Source: Eledone cirrhosa
Taxonomy: Eukaryota
Reading direction: 5' to 3'
Assembly (NCBI GenBank): GCA_964016885.1
Contig: OZ024753.1
Span: 16,182,001 to 16,246,000, forward strand
DNA length: 64,000 nucleotides
This document shows, in pieces, positions 27,305 to 41,370 of the stretch (positions are counted from its first letter, which is position 1; every line of letters begins with the position of its first letter). The notes under the pieces are model-generated. The model did no database searches. It was given only the letters and a program-made list of their open reading frames with translations, and was not told the DNA's origin. The translations under genes and the position numbers were made by a program.

Positions 27305-28311
27305 AGCCTCCTAGACGGTCAATGGCATCCATGCCCATAACCACGCTGATCCCATCCACCACACTGTCTACTACGATGGCAGAAAACCTTATTTTCCTTC
27401 CCCGTACCGCTATTTCCATCTCGCTGCGACCTCGGCATTCAATTTTCCTGCCGTCGACTGCCCTTACGCTGCTCTTCCCTCTCCACCACCCCCGCGGTCA
27501 CCAGTGTCGTCGTACAGCCCGTGTCCACGAGGGCTCGCTGTGGCTTTCCCCTCACGAAGACTTCGACCACAGGCAGCGCCTCGACTCCTAAGGGGCAACT
27601 ACCGGTGCAGTAGTTCCCCTTGGATCGTTTCCCTGGTCGCTTACACCGGTAGCATATTATTTCCGGCCTTGACTCTCTGCAGTCTCTAGCCATGTGCGGG
27701 CCCTGGCACCGAAAACAGCGGCCTCTAAACGTTCGCGGGCGACCGCGTGCCGTGGTTGCCTCCCTTTCACCATTTGGCTGCCAGCTGTCTTAAGCCTCTG
27801 TAGTTGCTATCGCCGCAACACTCTTCTTGGCATCTTCTGCTATGATCCGGGCTTGTTCCACCAGTGAACGCATTTCCAATTCTTTGTAACCCGGGACTTG
27901 CTGCAGTTTCACCGCTATGTCGTCTGGAAATCCATTTATGAATGACAACCGCACCGTGTGTTCGCATTCCACCTGATATCCAGCCAACATAGCCAATCGC
28001 CGTATTTCCGCTGCAAAAATGTCAACATGTTCACCGTTCCATCTAATTCTTGCCAGCTTAGCGAAAGCGGCTAACGGTCCCTCTGCGAACGCTTCCATCA
28101 TGCGCCTCTCAATCTTTTGCACATCTCTTTGGCTGTGTTCGTTGAACTCAAAGAAGAGTACCAATGCGTCCCCCTCAAGGTACAGTGCCATGAGGCCAGC
28201 CACATCTATCTTCTGCAAGCTTGCGACCAGCCGGACTTTTCGCAGCCAAGCGACATCACCTTCCCCGGTAAATGCCCTGATAGCTTCGCTTGTTCGTAGT
28301 CTTGTTGCCAT
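27305..28311 (-). pseudogene. Gypsy gag with zinc knuckles and aspartic protease, disrupted
   Basis: gag ORF 27790-28311; HMARDC and CYRCKRPG knuckle remnants; ALVDTGCT protease motif. Confidence 0.8.
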
Positions 28312-28424
28312 CTTCTAATTTGTCTTGCGGTACGTGATAAAAAACAACAGACTCCTCTCTGTTTTTCCAGTAGCTTTTTTTTTTTTTTTTCAATCAGATC
28401 TCAGTTTCCAGTGCTGAAATAGCT

Positions 28425-28684
28425 TGTGGTTAGAAAAAGCTATTTCACTTACCGCTTTTCATAGGCGCCGCTAAATTCCACTGCTGGTCTCTCCTCTTCC
28501 ACGTGCGTCCAACTCCTTAACACCGGGAGCTGCCAAAACTCACGTCCACACCATTGCTGGTCACCACTAGAGAGGGTCATTTCCAGTCGAGGGCCACTTC
28601 CGGTCGAGGGCCACTTCCGGTCGAGCATCCTTCCGGTCGAGCACTGCCCCGCTTCCAGTCACCGCACACCACACCATACCCACA
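28425..28684 (-). repeat. 5' LTR (260 bp)
   Basis: Direct repeat of 24600-24851; internal 16-17-bp tandem repeats. Confidence 0.9.
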
Positions 28685-29127
28685 CATACCTACACCCTGA
28701 AGTAATACACAGAAGTAAGACATGTCTTAACTATACCTACACCCTGAAGTAAGACATGTTTTAACCATACCAACACCCTGATGTAACACTGAAGTAAGAC
28801 ATAACCATACCAATACCCTGAAGTAACACACTGAAGTAAGACATATCTTAACCATACCTACACCCTGAAGTAATATATCTTAACCATACCTACACCCTGA
28901 AGTAAAACATGTCTTAACCATACCTACACCCTGAAGTAAGACATGTCTTAACCATACCTACACCCTGAAGTAATATATCTTAACCATACCTACACCCTGA
29001 AGTAAAACATGTCTTAACCATACCTACACCCTGAAGTAAGACATGTCTTAACCATACCTACACCCTGAAGTAATATATCTTAACCATACCTAAACCCTGA
29101 AGTAACACAATGAAGTAAGACATCTTA
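28685..29127. repeat. 32-34-bp minisatellite, right part
   Basis: Same unit as 24420-24599. Confidence 0.9.
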
Positions 29128-29133
29128 ATTTAA

Positions 29134-29382
29134 CCCTTGTGATACCAAACCACCTATAATGTTCCTCTGGTTCTATGATATGAGTTTAAAGTGTTGATAT
29201 TTATCTAAAATCCTTCCAGCATAATTTCACGTAAGAATCCATGTTATGCTCCAAATCTCAGTTTAATAATGAGAAATTTAGCTATATTACTAAACTTTTC
29301 CTAAGTCTTGATTATTTTTGAAATTATTTGAAAATTATAGACAGTCTTTCGTTAGTAATACAAAGGGTTAGTAACGAAAGGG
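29134..29382. mobile_element. piggyBac-type MITE
   Basis: TTAA on both sides; termini CCCTTGTGATAC and GTAACGAAAGGG; a second partial copy is split as 29383-29394 plus 31872-32030. Confidence 0.7.
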
Positions 29383-29394
29383 TTAAAGTGTTTA

Positions 29395-31689
29395 TCTATA
29401 TATCTAAAACAGAGAATGTCTGTCTGTCTGTCTGACTCCCTAAAACTCGAGAACCACCCAACCGATTGTTTTCAAACTTTACACATGCAATACTTACGGT
29501 TCTGTGAGTGTTTTGAGCAAAAAACATTTCAAATTTTCAATGTCCTAGGGGCTGCATTAGGCGATTTAGCGATCTCTCTCTATAATTCTTAGTTTTTCTC
29601 TTTAGATCGATACATAGATATAACGTTGTGCCCTTATAATATCTGTCTGTATGTCTGGCTGTCTGCATTACGACATTATGACACTGTGTGTGTGAGTGTG
29701 TGTGTATATAGTGAACCCATGCTAGCATGGAAGATGGACGTTAAACGATGATGATGATGATGTGTATATATATATATATATATATATAATGTTTTTCGAA
29801 ATATTTACTTCTGCATTCACAGATTGATTTTTTTTTAGTTTCTGAAGATCCCGTTAAGGGTGATAGCAGCGATTCTTTGCTTACAAAAGTATTTATTTTG
29901 TGATAAAGTATTGATTTTCTTCGCACGGAAAAAACCCTGGTAATCTATGACAATTTTTTTTTATAAGCCCGAAATGTAGACACCATCCTGAGGCCGAGGT
30001 ATTCTGTACTTCTCTGTACTGTTATATATATATTGTTGATTTAAAACTGCACTATTCACAAGTGTTCTTTAACCTTCATATCATCTCTTCCTATTTTACC
30101 TGATGAAAACACAAATGTTATTGCATGATGATATTTGTTTTTGAAATGCGCATAATAAAATACATGGAACTCTTTTAACCATCTTTTGATATTATATATT
30201 ATGTATACTCCAGTCCTACAAACTGTAGAGTGCTTCTTATCCAATATCTGCATTGCTTTATTGTACTACAATAAAACTCACCTCCTACATATATATATAT
30301 ATATTTAGCGTACAGGTTGGGGTCCACCAGGGCTCTGTTCTTAGCCCTCTCCTGTTCATCATAGTCCTGCAGGCAATAACGGAGGAGTTTAAGACCGGAT
30401 GCCCATGGGAACTCCTGTATGCTGATGACCTCGCACTCATAGCTGAATCTATGGTAGAACTAGAGAATAAATTCCAAACCTGGAAGCAGGGACTAGAGAG
30501 AAAGGGCCTCAAAGTCAACATGACAAAGACTAAGGTCCTTATAAGTAGACGAGAAAACAGAACCCAGATCCCCTCAGGGAAATGGCCTTGCTCAGTATGT
30601 AGGAAAGGTGTAGGTAGGAACTCCATTCTCTGCCCCAAATGCAAACAATGGGTACACAAGAGATGTAGCGGGATCTCAGGAAGCTTAATTAAGAATGTAG
30701 GATTCAAATGCAGCAGCTGTGCTGAAACAGCAAGCAAACAGCCACAGGAAACAAGTACCACCAATCTCTGGGAGGGCCCTGTAGAAACAGTAGACAGCTT
30801 CTGCTACCTAGGTGACCGAATTAGCAACGGAGGTGGGTGCTCAGAAAGTACAATAACTAGGGTAAGAACGGGATGGAAGAAGTTTAGGGAACTACTACCA
30901 CTGCTAGCTGCAAAAGGCTTCTCCCTCAGAATGAAAGGCAGACTGTATGATGCGTGTATCCGAACAGCGATGTTGCATGGTAGTGAGACCTGGGCACTGA
31001 AGGTGGAAGACTTACGTAGATTAGAGAGAAACGAAGCCTGCATGCTCCGATGGATGTGTAACAGTAATATACGTGAACGACAAAGCATAAAGGAATTGAG
31101 AGAGAGACTGAGCATAAGAGGAATCAAATGCTGCGTGCAGGAGAGGCGTTTACGCTGGTATGGACATGTGATGCGTATGAAGGATGACAGCTGCATAAAA
31201 AGGTGCAGAGCACTAGAAGTTGATGGAAACCGCGGAGTGGGGAGACCCAAGATGACTTGGGATGAGGTGATAAAAGCCGACCTTACCCAACTACACCTCT
31301 CAAAGTCAATGACACACGACCGTGACTTCTGGCGTCACGCAGTAATACAGGGTACCCGACCTCCCATGGGTACATGCTGAAGCATATAAACAATATCCCC
31401 CCCCCCCCACCGCAAGGTGGTCGTGGAGGTGCCACGGCAAAAAAGCACCCAGCCCACACTGTAAAGTGGACGTGTAGGCGCCACGAAAAAGCACCCAGCA
31501 CTCACTGTAAATGAGGTTGGTGTTAGGAAGGGCATCCAGCTGTAGAAATCAAGCCAGATCAGTTCCTGTATGAGCAAGGCATGGTCAGCCGACCAGACAC
31601 TGCCCACAACAGGACAACCCGTCTAACCCATGCTAGCGTGGAAGAACGGACGTAAAACGGTGATGATGATGATGATGATGATATATATG

Positions 31690-31721
<32 letters not shown>

Positions 31722-31871
31722 ATTATATATTCGTGTACAGATATTTTTGCATACACAATAACAAAATATAAACAAACGTATTTATTTCATGAGGCTCGAT
31801 AAGGATAAATATATATCAAATATATAAGAACCCTAGAGCAAATCCCGAGCAACGCCAGGCCATTCTGCTAG
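29395..31871 (+). mobile_element. Probable non-autonomous Helitron with nested insertions
   Basis: A|TCTATATAT start, GC-rich subterminal hairpin-like CCCGAGCAACGCCAGG, CTAG|T end, no TSD; removing it rejoins a MITE-derived sequence (TTAAAGTGTTTA|TATTTATCTAAAA, compare 29186-29210). Confidence 0.65.
30304..31682 (+). mobile_element. RTE-clade LINE copy C, second subfamily, 5'-truncated
   Basis: Open frame to 31380 with YADD, PHD finger, RRLRWYGHVMR, GRPK; distinct 3' UTR; (GAT)n tail; TA flanks. Confidence 0.95.
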
Positions 31872-32264
31872 TATTTATCTAAAAAACATCCCATCATAAT
31901 TTTATGTAAGAATCTTTATGTTATGTTCCAAACACCACTTAATAATGAGAAAGTTAAATTTCCAATTCCACCAAATTCTTGACATTATTTGAAAATCATT
32001 TTCAATGTTTTTCATTAGAAATATGTTAATGAAATGATTTCTTATTTTAGTTTCTACTTCCATTGATATTTCTCCCATAGTTTATAAACAGCAACATGGC
32101 ATTACATTTCAACCAGGAACGACCATCTTAATATGTTGTTCAGGAGATGATTGAGTAAACAGACACAAAGTCCTGAAGATATAACCTCAGGGGAAATAAG
32201 AAGATAACTTAAGGGATTTAGCAAATATCGATTGTTAAGTGCTGGTTCAAAATGTTTGCAGATA

Positions 32265-32570
32265 GAATTGTGAGAAACATTAGGGTGTTGGATTTAAGGC
32301 TACAGTGTTTGCCATGGCTTCTACTACACACTGAGTTCAAATCAAGCCAAAGTCAACTTTGATTTTCATCCTTTTATTTGGAGGGGATCAATAAATAGAG
32401 TATCCAAATTGTACAGAGTACAGTGAATTGGCAGAATCGTTAGAACATCAGATCGAATGCTTTGTGGTATTTGTTCTGGCTCTCTAAGTTCAAATCTTGT
32501 TGAGGTCAATTTTGCCTTTCATCCTTTCAAGGTTGATAACAAATGTAACAGTCTAGAAGTGGGGTGGATT
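32265..32570 (+). mobile_element. Two adjacent degenerate tRNA-derived SINEs
   Basis: GAGTTCAAATC/AAGTTCAAATC B-boxes each followed by T(G)C(C)TTTCATCCTTT-like sequence, as in 23002-23186. Confidence 0.65.
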
Positions 32571-33811
32571 CTTCTTCTACATCTTTCTCATTCTCTATCC
32601 TTCTCTGGAAGAAATCTGCTGTTTTCAGACCTGGGCTCTGCTACGGCACCCCTACAACTCCACCAGAAGTTACAGGACCAGAGAAATACCATACCAATTA
32701 AAGCACCAGTCCATAGCCAGTTGATTGGAAAAATCATTGAAGAACTAAATGGGATATTTTTAGTACCTACTCTGGCTCTGTGTATTCTCAATTCAAACAC
32801 CACCACCTTCTTCAGCTAGATGTGACTAGTGGAAAGTATCAGTTATGGAAAGACCAATGAAAACAATTTCTTTAGTCTGATATCTGGTCTGCCAATCAGC
32901 TTCTTTTTCATACTTTTCTTCATTGATAGAAATAGGAATGAAACAGCAAACATCTTTCATAGAAGAGACACCAGAAATGCCATACAATTTAGATTTAGTA
33001 AGACAGCAGAAATAATTATTTCTCACAGTGTACTGCCTTAGCAGGAAACAAATCATTTCATGCAGTAAAGTGGTTTTCAAGCAATTCCGCAGTGACAACC
33101 AATCAGGTACATACCAATTACAAGCCATGTCAATACCCGACCAACATCAAGAATAATAAATTGAGCATGTAATGCAATTTTATAAAAACTAAAGCAAGGT
33201 GTAATTGTCTGCATACCTTTATAATCTTTACCCCACTCATCTAAGTAAGTGTGTGTATGTATGTGCATATATATATATACATATACATACATACCTACCT
33301 ACACGCATCTATCTACTTCTGTCTTTTTATAATCTTACCCCACTCCACCAAAAACGTGTATACATGTGTGTGTGCATTTGTTTACATACATACACACATA
33401 TATATATACATATATACATACATATACATACACATTTATCTACACCTGACTTTTACCTCACCCCATCAAAAACATATATATAGCTAAATGTATTTGTATA
33501 CATACATATATCATTTTAATGTCCGCTTCCCCTGCTAAGACACACACACATATATATATATATATATACATACACACATTATATATATATATATATATAT
33601 ACACACACCTCTATTTCTCTTTATATATAGCTTGCAGGTAAAAAGGTAATTATATAACTCCAAACCATCAAACTTTACAAAGCATCTCTGCTGACCTCAT
33701 TCAGAAACAAAGGGATTTGACTGCTATTAATTAGATTAGTAAGGCGGTCATATGGAAAGAAACAGAACAAAAATAGACGTCCAATAATAATTAATATGAG
33801 GATACTTTTAA

Positions 33812-35538
33812 CCCTTTAACATTTACATTACTCTATATATACTATTGTATTTTCACAGTAAAGGCTTTACCTCACATAATATCTCACATAACATTTACAT
33901 TACTCTATATATACTATTGTATTTTCATGGTAAAGGCTTTACCTCACATAATATCTCGCATAACATTTACATTACTCTATATATACTATTGTATTTTCAC
34001 AGTAAAGGCTTTACCTCACATAATATCTCACAACATTTACATTACTCGATATATACTATTATATTTTCATGGTAAAGGCTTTACCTCAAATAATATCTCA
34101 TAACATTTACATTACTCTATAATATTGTATTTTTCACAGTAAAGGCTTTACCTCACATAATATCTCGCATAACATTTACATTACTCTATATATACTATTG
34201 TATTTTCACAGTAAAGGCTTTACCTCACATAATATCTCGCATAACATTTACATTACTCTATATATACTATTGTATTTTCACAGTAAAGGCTTTACCTCAC
34301 AATATCTCTCATAAAATTTACATTACTCTATATATACTATTGTATTTTCACAGTAAAGGCTTTACCTCACAATATCTCACATAACATTTACATTACTCTA
34401 TATATACTATTGTATTTTCACAGTAAAGGCTTTATCTCACATAATATCTCGCATAACATTTACATTACTCTATATATACTATTGTATTTTCACAGTAAAG
34501 GCTTTACCTCACAATATCTCTCATAAAATTTACATTACTCTATATATACTATTGTATTTTCACAGTAAAGGCTTTACCTCACATAATATCTCACAACATT
34601 TACATTACTCGATATATACTATTATATTTTCATGGTAAAGGCTTTACCTCACATAATATCTCATAACATTTACATTACTCTATAATATTGTATTTTTCAC
34701 AGTAAAGGCTTTACCTCACATAATATCTCGCATAACATTTACATTACTCTATATATACTATTGTATTTTCACAGTAAAGGCTTTACCTCACATAATATCT
34801 CGCATAACATTTACATTACTCTATATATACTATTGTATTTTCACAGTAAAGGCTTTACCTCACAATATCTCTCATAAAATTTACATTACTCTATATATAC
34901 TATTGTATTTTCACAGTAAAGGCTTTACCTCACAATATCTCACATAACATTTACATTACTCTATATATACTATTGTATTTTCACAGTAAAGGCTTTACCT
35001 CACAATATCTCTCATAAAATTTACATTACTCTATATATACTATTGTATTTTCACAGGAAAGGCTTTACCTCACAATATCTCTCATAAAATTTACATTACT
35101 CTATATATACTATTGTATTTTCACAGTAAAGACTTTACCTCACATAATATCTCACATAACATTTACATTACTCTATATATACTATTGTATTTTCACAGTA
35201 AAGGCTTTACCTCACATAATATCTCACATAACATTTACATTACTCTATATATACTATTGTATTTTCACAGTAAAGGCTTTACCTCACATAATATCTCACT
35301 CTATATATACTATTGTATTTTCACAGTAAAGGCTTTACCTCACATAATATTTCACATAACATTTCCATTACTCTATATATACTATTGTCTCACATAATAT
35401 CGAATCTATGAGATTTTGATATTTTTTATTTTGAGAACAATACCGTAACATCAGTATGAGCGACTGGTTACTGCCAGTTTGAACAGAAAGAGGTGAGAGA
35501 ATTCTCTGTCGGATATGGCCAGTTTAAATGCTAAAGAG
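33812..35538 (+). mobile_element. piggyBac-type MITE inflated by about 22 copies of the 72-bp satellite unit
   Basis: TTAA 33808-33811 and 35539-35542; TIRs CCCTTTAACATTTA and TAAATGCTAAAGAG (12/14 match); array 33817-35400. Confidence 0.85.
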
Positions 35539-35696
35539 TTAAGGAATGACCCATCTAACCCATGCCAGATTAGAAAAATGACAATGGTTTCACAAGATGG
35601 TGTAAGGATGCCCTCTCCATTTCTGGAAAGAAGAAATCATAGATGTTAACCACAATGTCATCTTGTTGGACAATATATTTTGTGTGTAAAACTAAA

Positions 35697-35948
35697 GTCT
35701 GGAGGCTCATCAGGGTAGTTCTTATACCAGTTACTGTGGCATTAAGAGACTGAGAGTACGAGACTCTCCCTGGACGGGACACCAGTCCATCGAAGGGTTA
35801 AACCCACAGTTATTACTGGTACTCATTTCCAGCTGAGTACACCGAAGCAACAAAAAATAAAGGATTTTGCTCATGAACACAACCCAGTCCAGGAATTGAA
35901 CCTATAATGTTCTAATCCTAAGTCCAACACAATTACCACTAAGCCACA
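35697..35948 (-). mobile_element. tRNA-derived SINE with central core domain
   Basis: Minus strand TGTGGCTTAGTGG (A box), GGTTCAATTCC (B box), TACTCAGCTGGAAATGAGTACC, GATGGACTGGTGTCCCGTCCAGGG. Confidence 0.75.
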
Positions 35949-36787
35949 AACCTGTGTAAACCTATACTTAATCCAAAACATAGTTCCACTATCTGTTTAT
36001 ATAGTCACAAAATACTATCTCTTCATAGAGTCACAAACATGAATATCCTTTGAAAAATACCGACGCCTTCTATAAACCAATTGTTTTCTAAACACACCTT
36101 CACATATACACACATACAAATATTCTATATATACACTCACACACATGCATAAACATACAGATGCACACACACACATGCACACTCACACAAACATGCATAC
36201 AGGCATAAACACACACATAGGCATAAACACACATATATGCATACACACACACACATATATATATGCATAGACACATTCATATTTGTATAGACAAAAAACA
36301 TAATACTCACACATGCATACAGACACACACACAAATATATACAGACACACACACGCTTGCATATATATGTCAACAGAGACACAGACACACATATACAAAC
36401 GAACACACTTGTATGTCAACTGATGTAGTGTTAAACTATTACTAATGTTGTTTCGGTAACTTTATTACTGAAATCTTGCTAAACTTTGGCAAATAACATT
36501 TTTTTATATTGTATTTTATCAACTTCTAATTATTTCAATCAAAAAGCAATTTTCTCCCTCTTAGAACTTTTCTCAGACGCAATCTTACAGTAATATTTCT
36601 AGTTAAGATGCAACAAAACAATACTAAATGTTTATTTTCTAATAATAGGTGTGTGTGTGTGCGCGCGTGCGTGTGTGTGTGTACAAAATCAACGTTAAAC
36701 GATGGTGATGATTATTTTATATATATATATATATACACACACACACGCACGTGCAAATATATATATATGTATGTGTATATATATACA

Positions 36788-36896
36788 GTCCCTGTACAAG
36801 CAAGGCATGGTCAGCCGACCAGACACTGCCCACAACAGGACAATCCGTCTAACCCATGCTAGCATGGAAGAACGGACGTAAAACGGTGATGATGAT
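36788..36896 (+). mobile_element. Extreme 3' fragment of the RTE subfamily of copy C
   Basis: Near-identical to 31562-31680. Confidence 0.85.
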
Positions 36897-38054
36897 ATAC
36901 ACATAGATACACATATATATATGATATATATATGTGTACATATATATATCATATATATATGTACACATATATACACATATATATCATATATATATATATC
37001 ATATATATATATATCATATATATATATCATATATATATATATATCATATATATATATATCATATATATATATCATATATATATATCATATATATATATAT
37101 CATATATATATATATCATATATATATATATCATATATATATATCATATATATATATCATATATATATATATCATATATATATATATCATATATATATATC
37201 ATATATATATATCATATATATATATATCATATATATATATATCATATATATATATATCATATATATATATCATATATATATATATCATATATATATATAT
37301 CATATATATATATATCATATATATATATATCATATATATATATATCATATATATATATATCATATATATATATATATATATCATATATATATATATCATA
37401 TATATATATATGATATATATATATATATGATATATATATATATATATCATATATATATATCATATATATATATCATATATATATGTATATATATATATAT
37501 CATATATATATATGTATATATATATATCATATAGTGTTGATATAGGTCCAGCCCCTGCTTTCCCGGGTCCTGTTTCTGATCATAATGATCTCTAGGGATA
37601 CGGGAATCAGTAGACGGGACCTGGGGGCAGCGATGGGGGACAGGGAATTCTGGGGCATGAGAGTGATATCCCTCATCTCGACAGTAGTCGAAGAATGATG
37701 ATGATGATGATATATATCATATATATATATATCATATATATATATATCATATATATATATATATCATATATATATATATCATATATATATATGTCATATA
37801 TATATATATCATATATATATATATCATATATATATATATCATATATATATATATCATATATATATATATCATATATATATATATCATATATATATATCAT
37901 ATATATATATCATATAAATATGTCATATATATATATCATATATATATGTATATATATATCATATATATATCATATATATATATGTATATATATATATCAT
38001 ATATATATCATATATATATGTATATATATATATCATATATATGTATATATATAT

Positions 38055-38095
<41 letters not shown>

Positions 38096-38231
38096 TATAT
38101 ATATATGTATACATATATCATATGTATATATATATATATGTATACATATATATCATATATATATCATATATATATGTATATATATATCATATATATATGT
38201 ATATATATATCATATATATATACATATATAT

Positions 38232-38268
<37 letters not shown>

Positions 38269-38314
38269 ACATATATCATATATATATGTATATATATATC
38301 ATATATATCATATA

Positions 38315-38351
<37 letters not shown>

Positions 38352-38727
38352 ACATATATCATATATATATGTATATATATATCATATATATCATATATAT
38401 ATGTATATATATATATATCATATATATATGTATATATATATCATATATATATATATATATATGTATACATATATCATATATATCATATATATATCATATA
38501 TATATGTATATATATATATCATATATATATGTATATATATATCATATATATGTATGTATATATATATGTCATATATATATGTATATATATATCATATATA
38601 TATATATATGTATACATATATCATATATATCATATATAAATGTATATATATATCGTATATATCATATATAAATGTATATATATATCATATATATCATATA
38701 TATCATATATAAATGTATATATATATC

Positions 38728-38758
<31 letters not shown>

Positions 38759-38768
38759 TCATATATAA

Positions 38769-38826
<58 letters not shown>

Positions 38827-39261
38827 TATATATCATATATAAATGTATATATATATCATATATATCATATATAAATGTATATATATATCATATATAAATG
38901 TATATATATATCATAAATATATGTATATATGTATATATATGTATATATATCATATATAAATGTATATATATATCATATATAAATGTATATATATATCATA
39001 TATATCATATATAAATGTATATATATATCATAAATATATGTATATATGTATATATATGTATATATATCATATATAAATGTATATATATATATCATATGTA
39101 TGTATATATATATCATATATGTATGTATATATATATCAGATATATATGTATATATATATATCAGATATGTATGTATATATATATATCAGATATATATCAT
39201 ATATATATATATCAGATATATATCATATATATATATCAGATATATATCATATATATATATC

Positions 39262-39293
<32 letters not shown>

Positions 39294-40840
39294 CATATAT
39301 AAATGTATATATATCATATATATATATATCATATATATATATATCATATATATATGTATATATATATCATATATATATGTATATATATATATCATATATA
39401 TATGTCATATATATATATATATATATATATGTCATATATATATATATATGTATACATATATCATATATATATATATATATGTATACATATATCATATATA
39501 TATCATATATATATGTATATATATATCATATATATATCATATATATATGTATATATATATATCATATATATATGTATATATATATCATATATATATATAT
39601 ATATATGTGTATACATATATCATATATATCATATATAAATGTATATATATATCATATATATCATATATAAATGTATATATATATCATATATATCATATAT
39701 CAATGCATATATATATCATATATGTATGTATATATATATCAGATATGTATGTATATATATATCATATATGTATGTATATATATATCATATATATATATAT
39801 CATATATATATGTATATATATCATATATATACATATATATATGATATATGTACATATATATATACATATATATATATGATATATATACATATATATATAC
39901 ATATATATATATGATATATATACATATATATATGATATATATACATATATATATATCATATATATATGTATATATCATATATATATGTATATATATCATA
40001 TATATATATGTATATATATCATATATATATATGTATATATATCATATATATATATGTATATATATCATATATATATATGTATATATATCATATATATATA
40101 TGTATATATATCATATATATATGTATATATATCATATATATATATGTATAAATATATATGTATAAATATATATGTATATATATATATATATATCATATAT
40201 ATATGTATATATATGTATATATATATATATCATATATATATATGTATATATATCATATATATATATGTATATATATATCATATATATAATATGTATATAT
40301 ATGTATATATATAATATGTATATATATGTATATATATCATATATATATATATGTATATATATCATATATATATATATGTATATATATCATATATATATAT
40401 GTATATATATTATATATATATATGTATATATATTATATATATATATGTATATATATCATATATATATATGTATATATATCATATATATATATGTATATAT
40501 ATCATATATATATATGTATATATATCATATATATATATGTATATATATCATATATATATATGTATATATATCATATATATATATGTATATATATATCATA
40601 TATATATATGTATATATATATATGTATATATATCATATATATATATGTATATATATCATATATATATATGTATATATATATCATATATATATATGTATAT
40701 ATATATATGTATATATATCATATATATATATATATATATCATATATATATATGTATATATATATCATATATATATATGTATATATATATATGTATATATA
40801 TCATATATATATATGTATATATATATATGTATATATATCA

Positions 40841-40875
<35 letters not shown>

Positions 40876-41370
40876 CATATATATATATATATCATATATA
40901 TATATGTATATATATTATATATATACATATATATATTATATATATACATATATACACATATATATATATATCATATATATACATATATATATATCATATA
41001 TACACATATATATATATCATATATATATATATGTATATATATTATATATATACATATATATATTATATATATACATATATACACATATATATATATATCA
41101 TATATATACATATATATATATCATATATATACATATATATATATCATATATATACATATATATATATCATATATATACATATATATATATATCATATATA
41201 TACATATATATATATATCATATATATACATATATATATCATATATATACATATATATATATCATATATATACATATATATATATCATATATATACATATA
41301 TATATATCATATATATACATATATATATATCATATATATACATATATATATATCATATATATACATATAT
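36897..41370. repeat. 4.5-kb (TA)n array with CAT/TGT interruptions
   Basis: Direct reading. Confidence 0.95.
37534..37710 (+). mobile_element. Short structured retro-insertion with (GAT)n tail, family unassigned
   Basis: GC-rich island within a TA array, long stem, (ATG)n tail. Confidence 0.55.

Larger units (their letters stand above)
24600..28684 (-). mobile_element. Ty3/Gypsy LTR retrotransposon, complete but frameshifted (about 4.1 kb)
   Basis: Two TG...CA LTRs, TSD CATAC (24595-24599 and 28685-28689), order gag-PR-RT-RH-INT, PPT-like AGGGGGGCG next to the 3' LTR. Confidence 0.95.

Noticed and set aside
29830-29875. CTGAAGATCCCGTTAAGGG as a hammerhead
   Set aside because: No GAAA after the stem and no stem I
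32085-33300. Possible host exons in unique-looking sequence
   Set aside because: Frames checked after a candidate acceptor hit stops quickly; no recognisable protein motif
35700-35720. CCCTGATGAGCC on the minus strand as a hammerhead core
   Set aside because: Lies in a SINE tail; no downstream stem II plus GAAA
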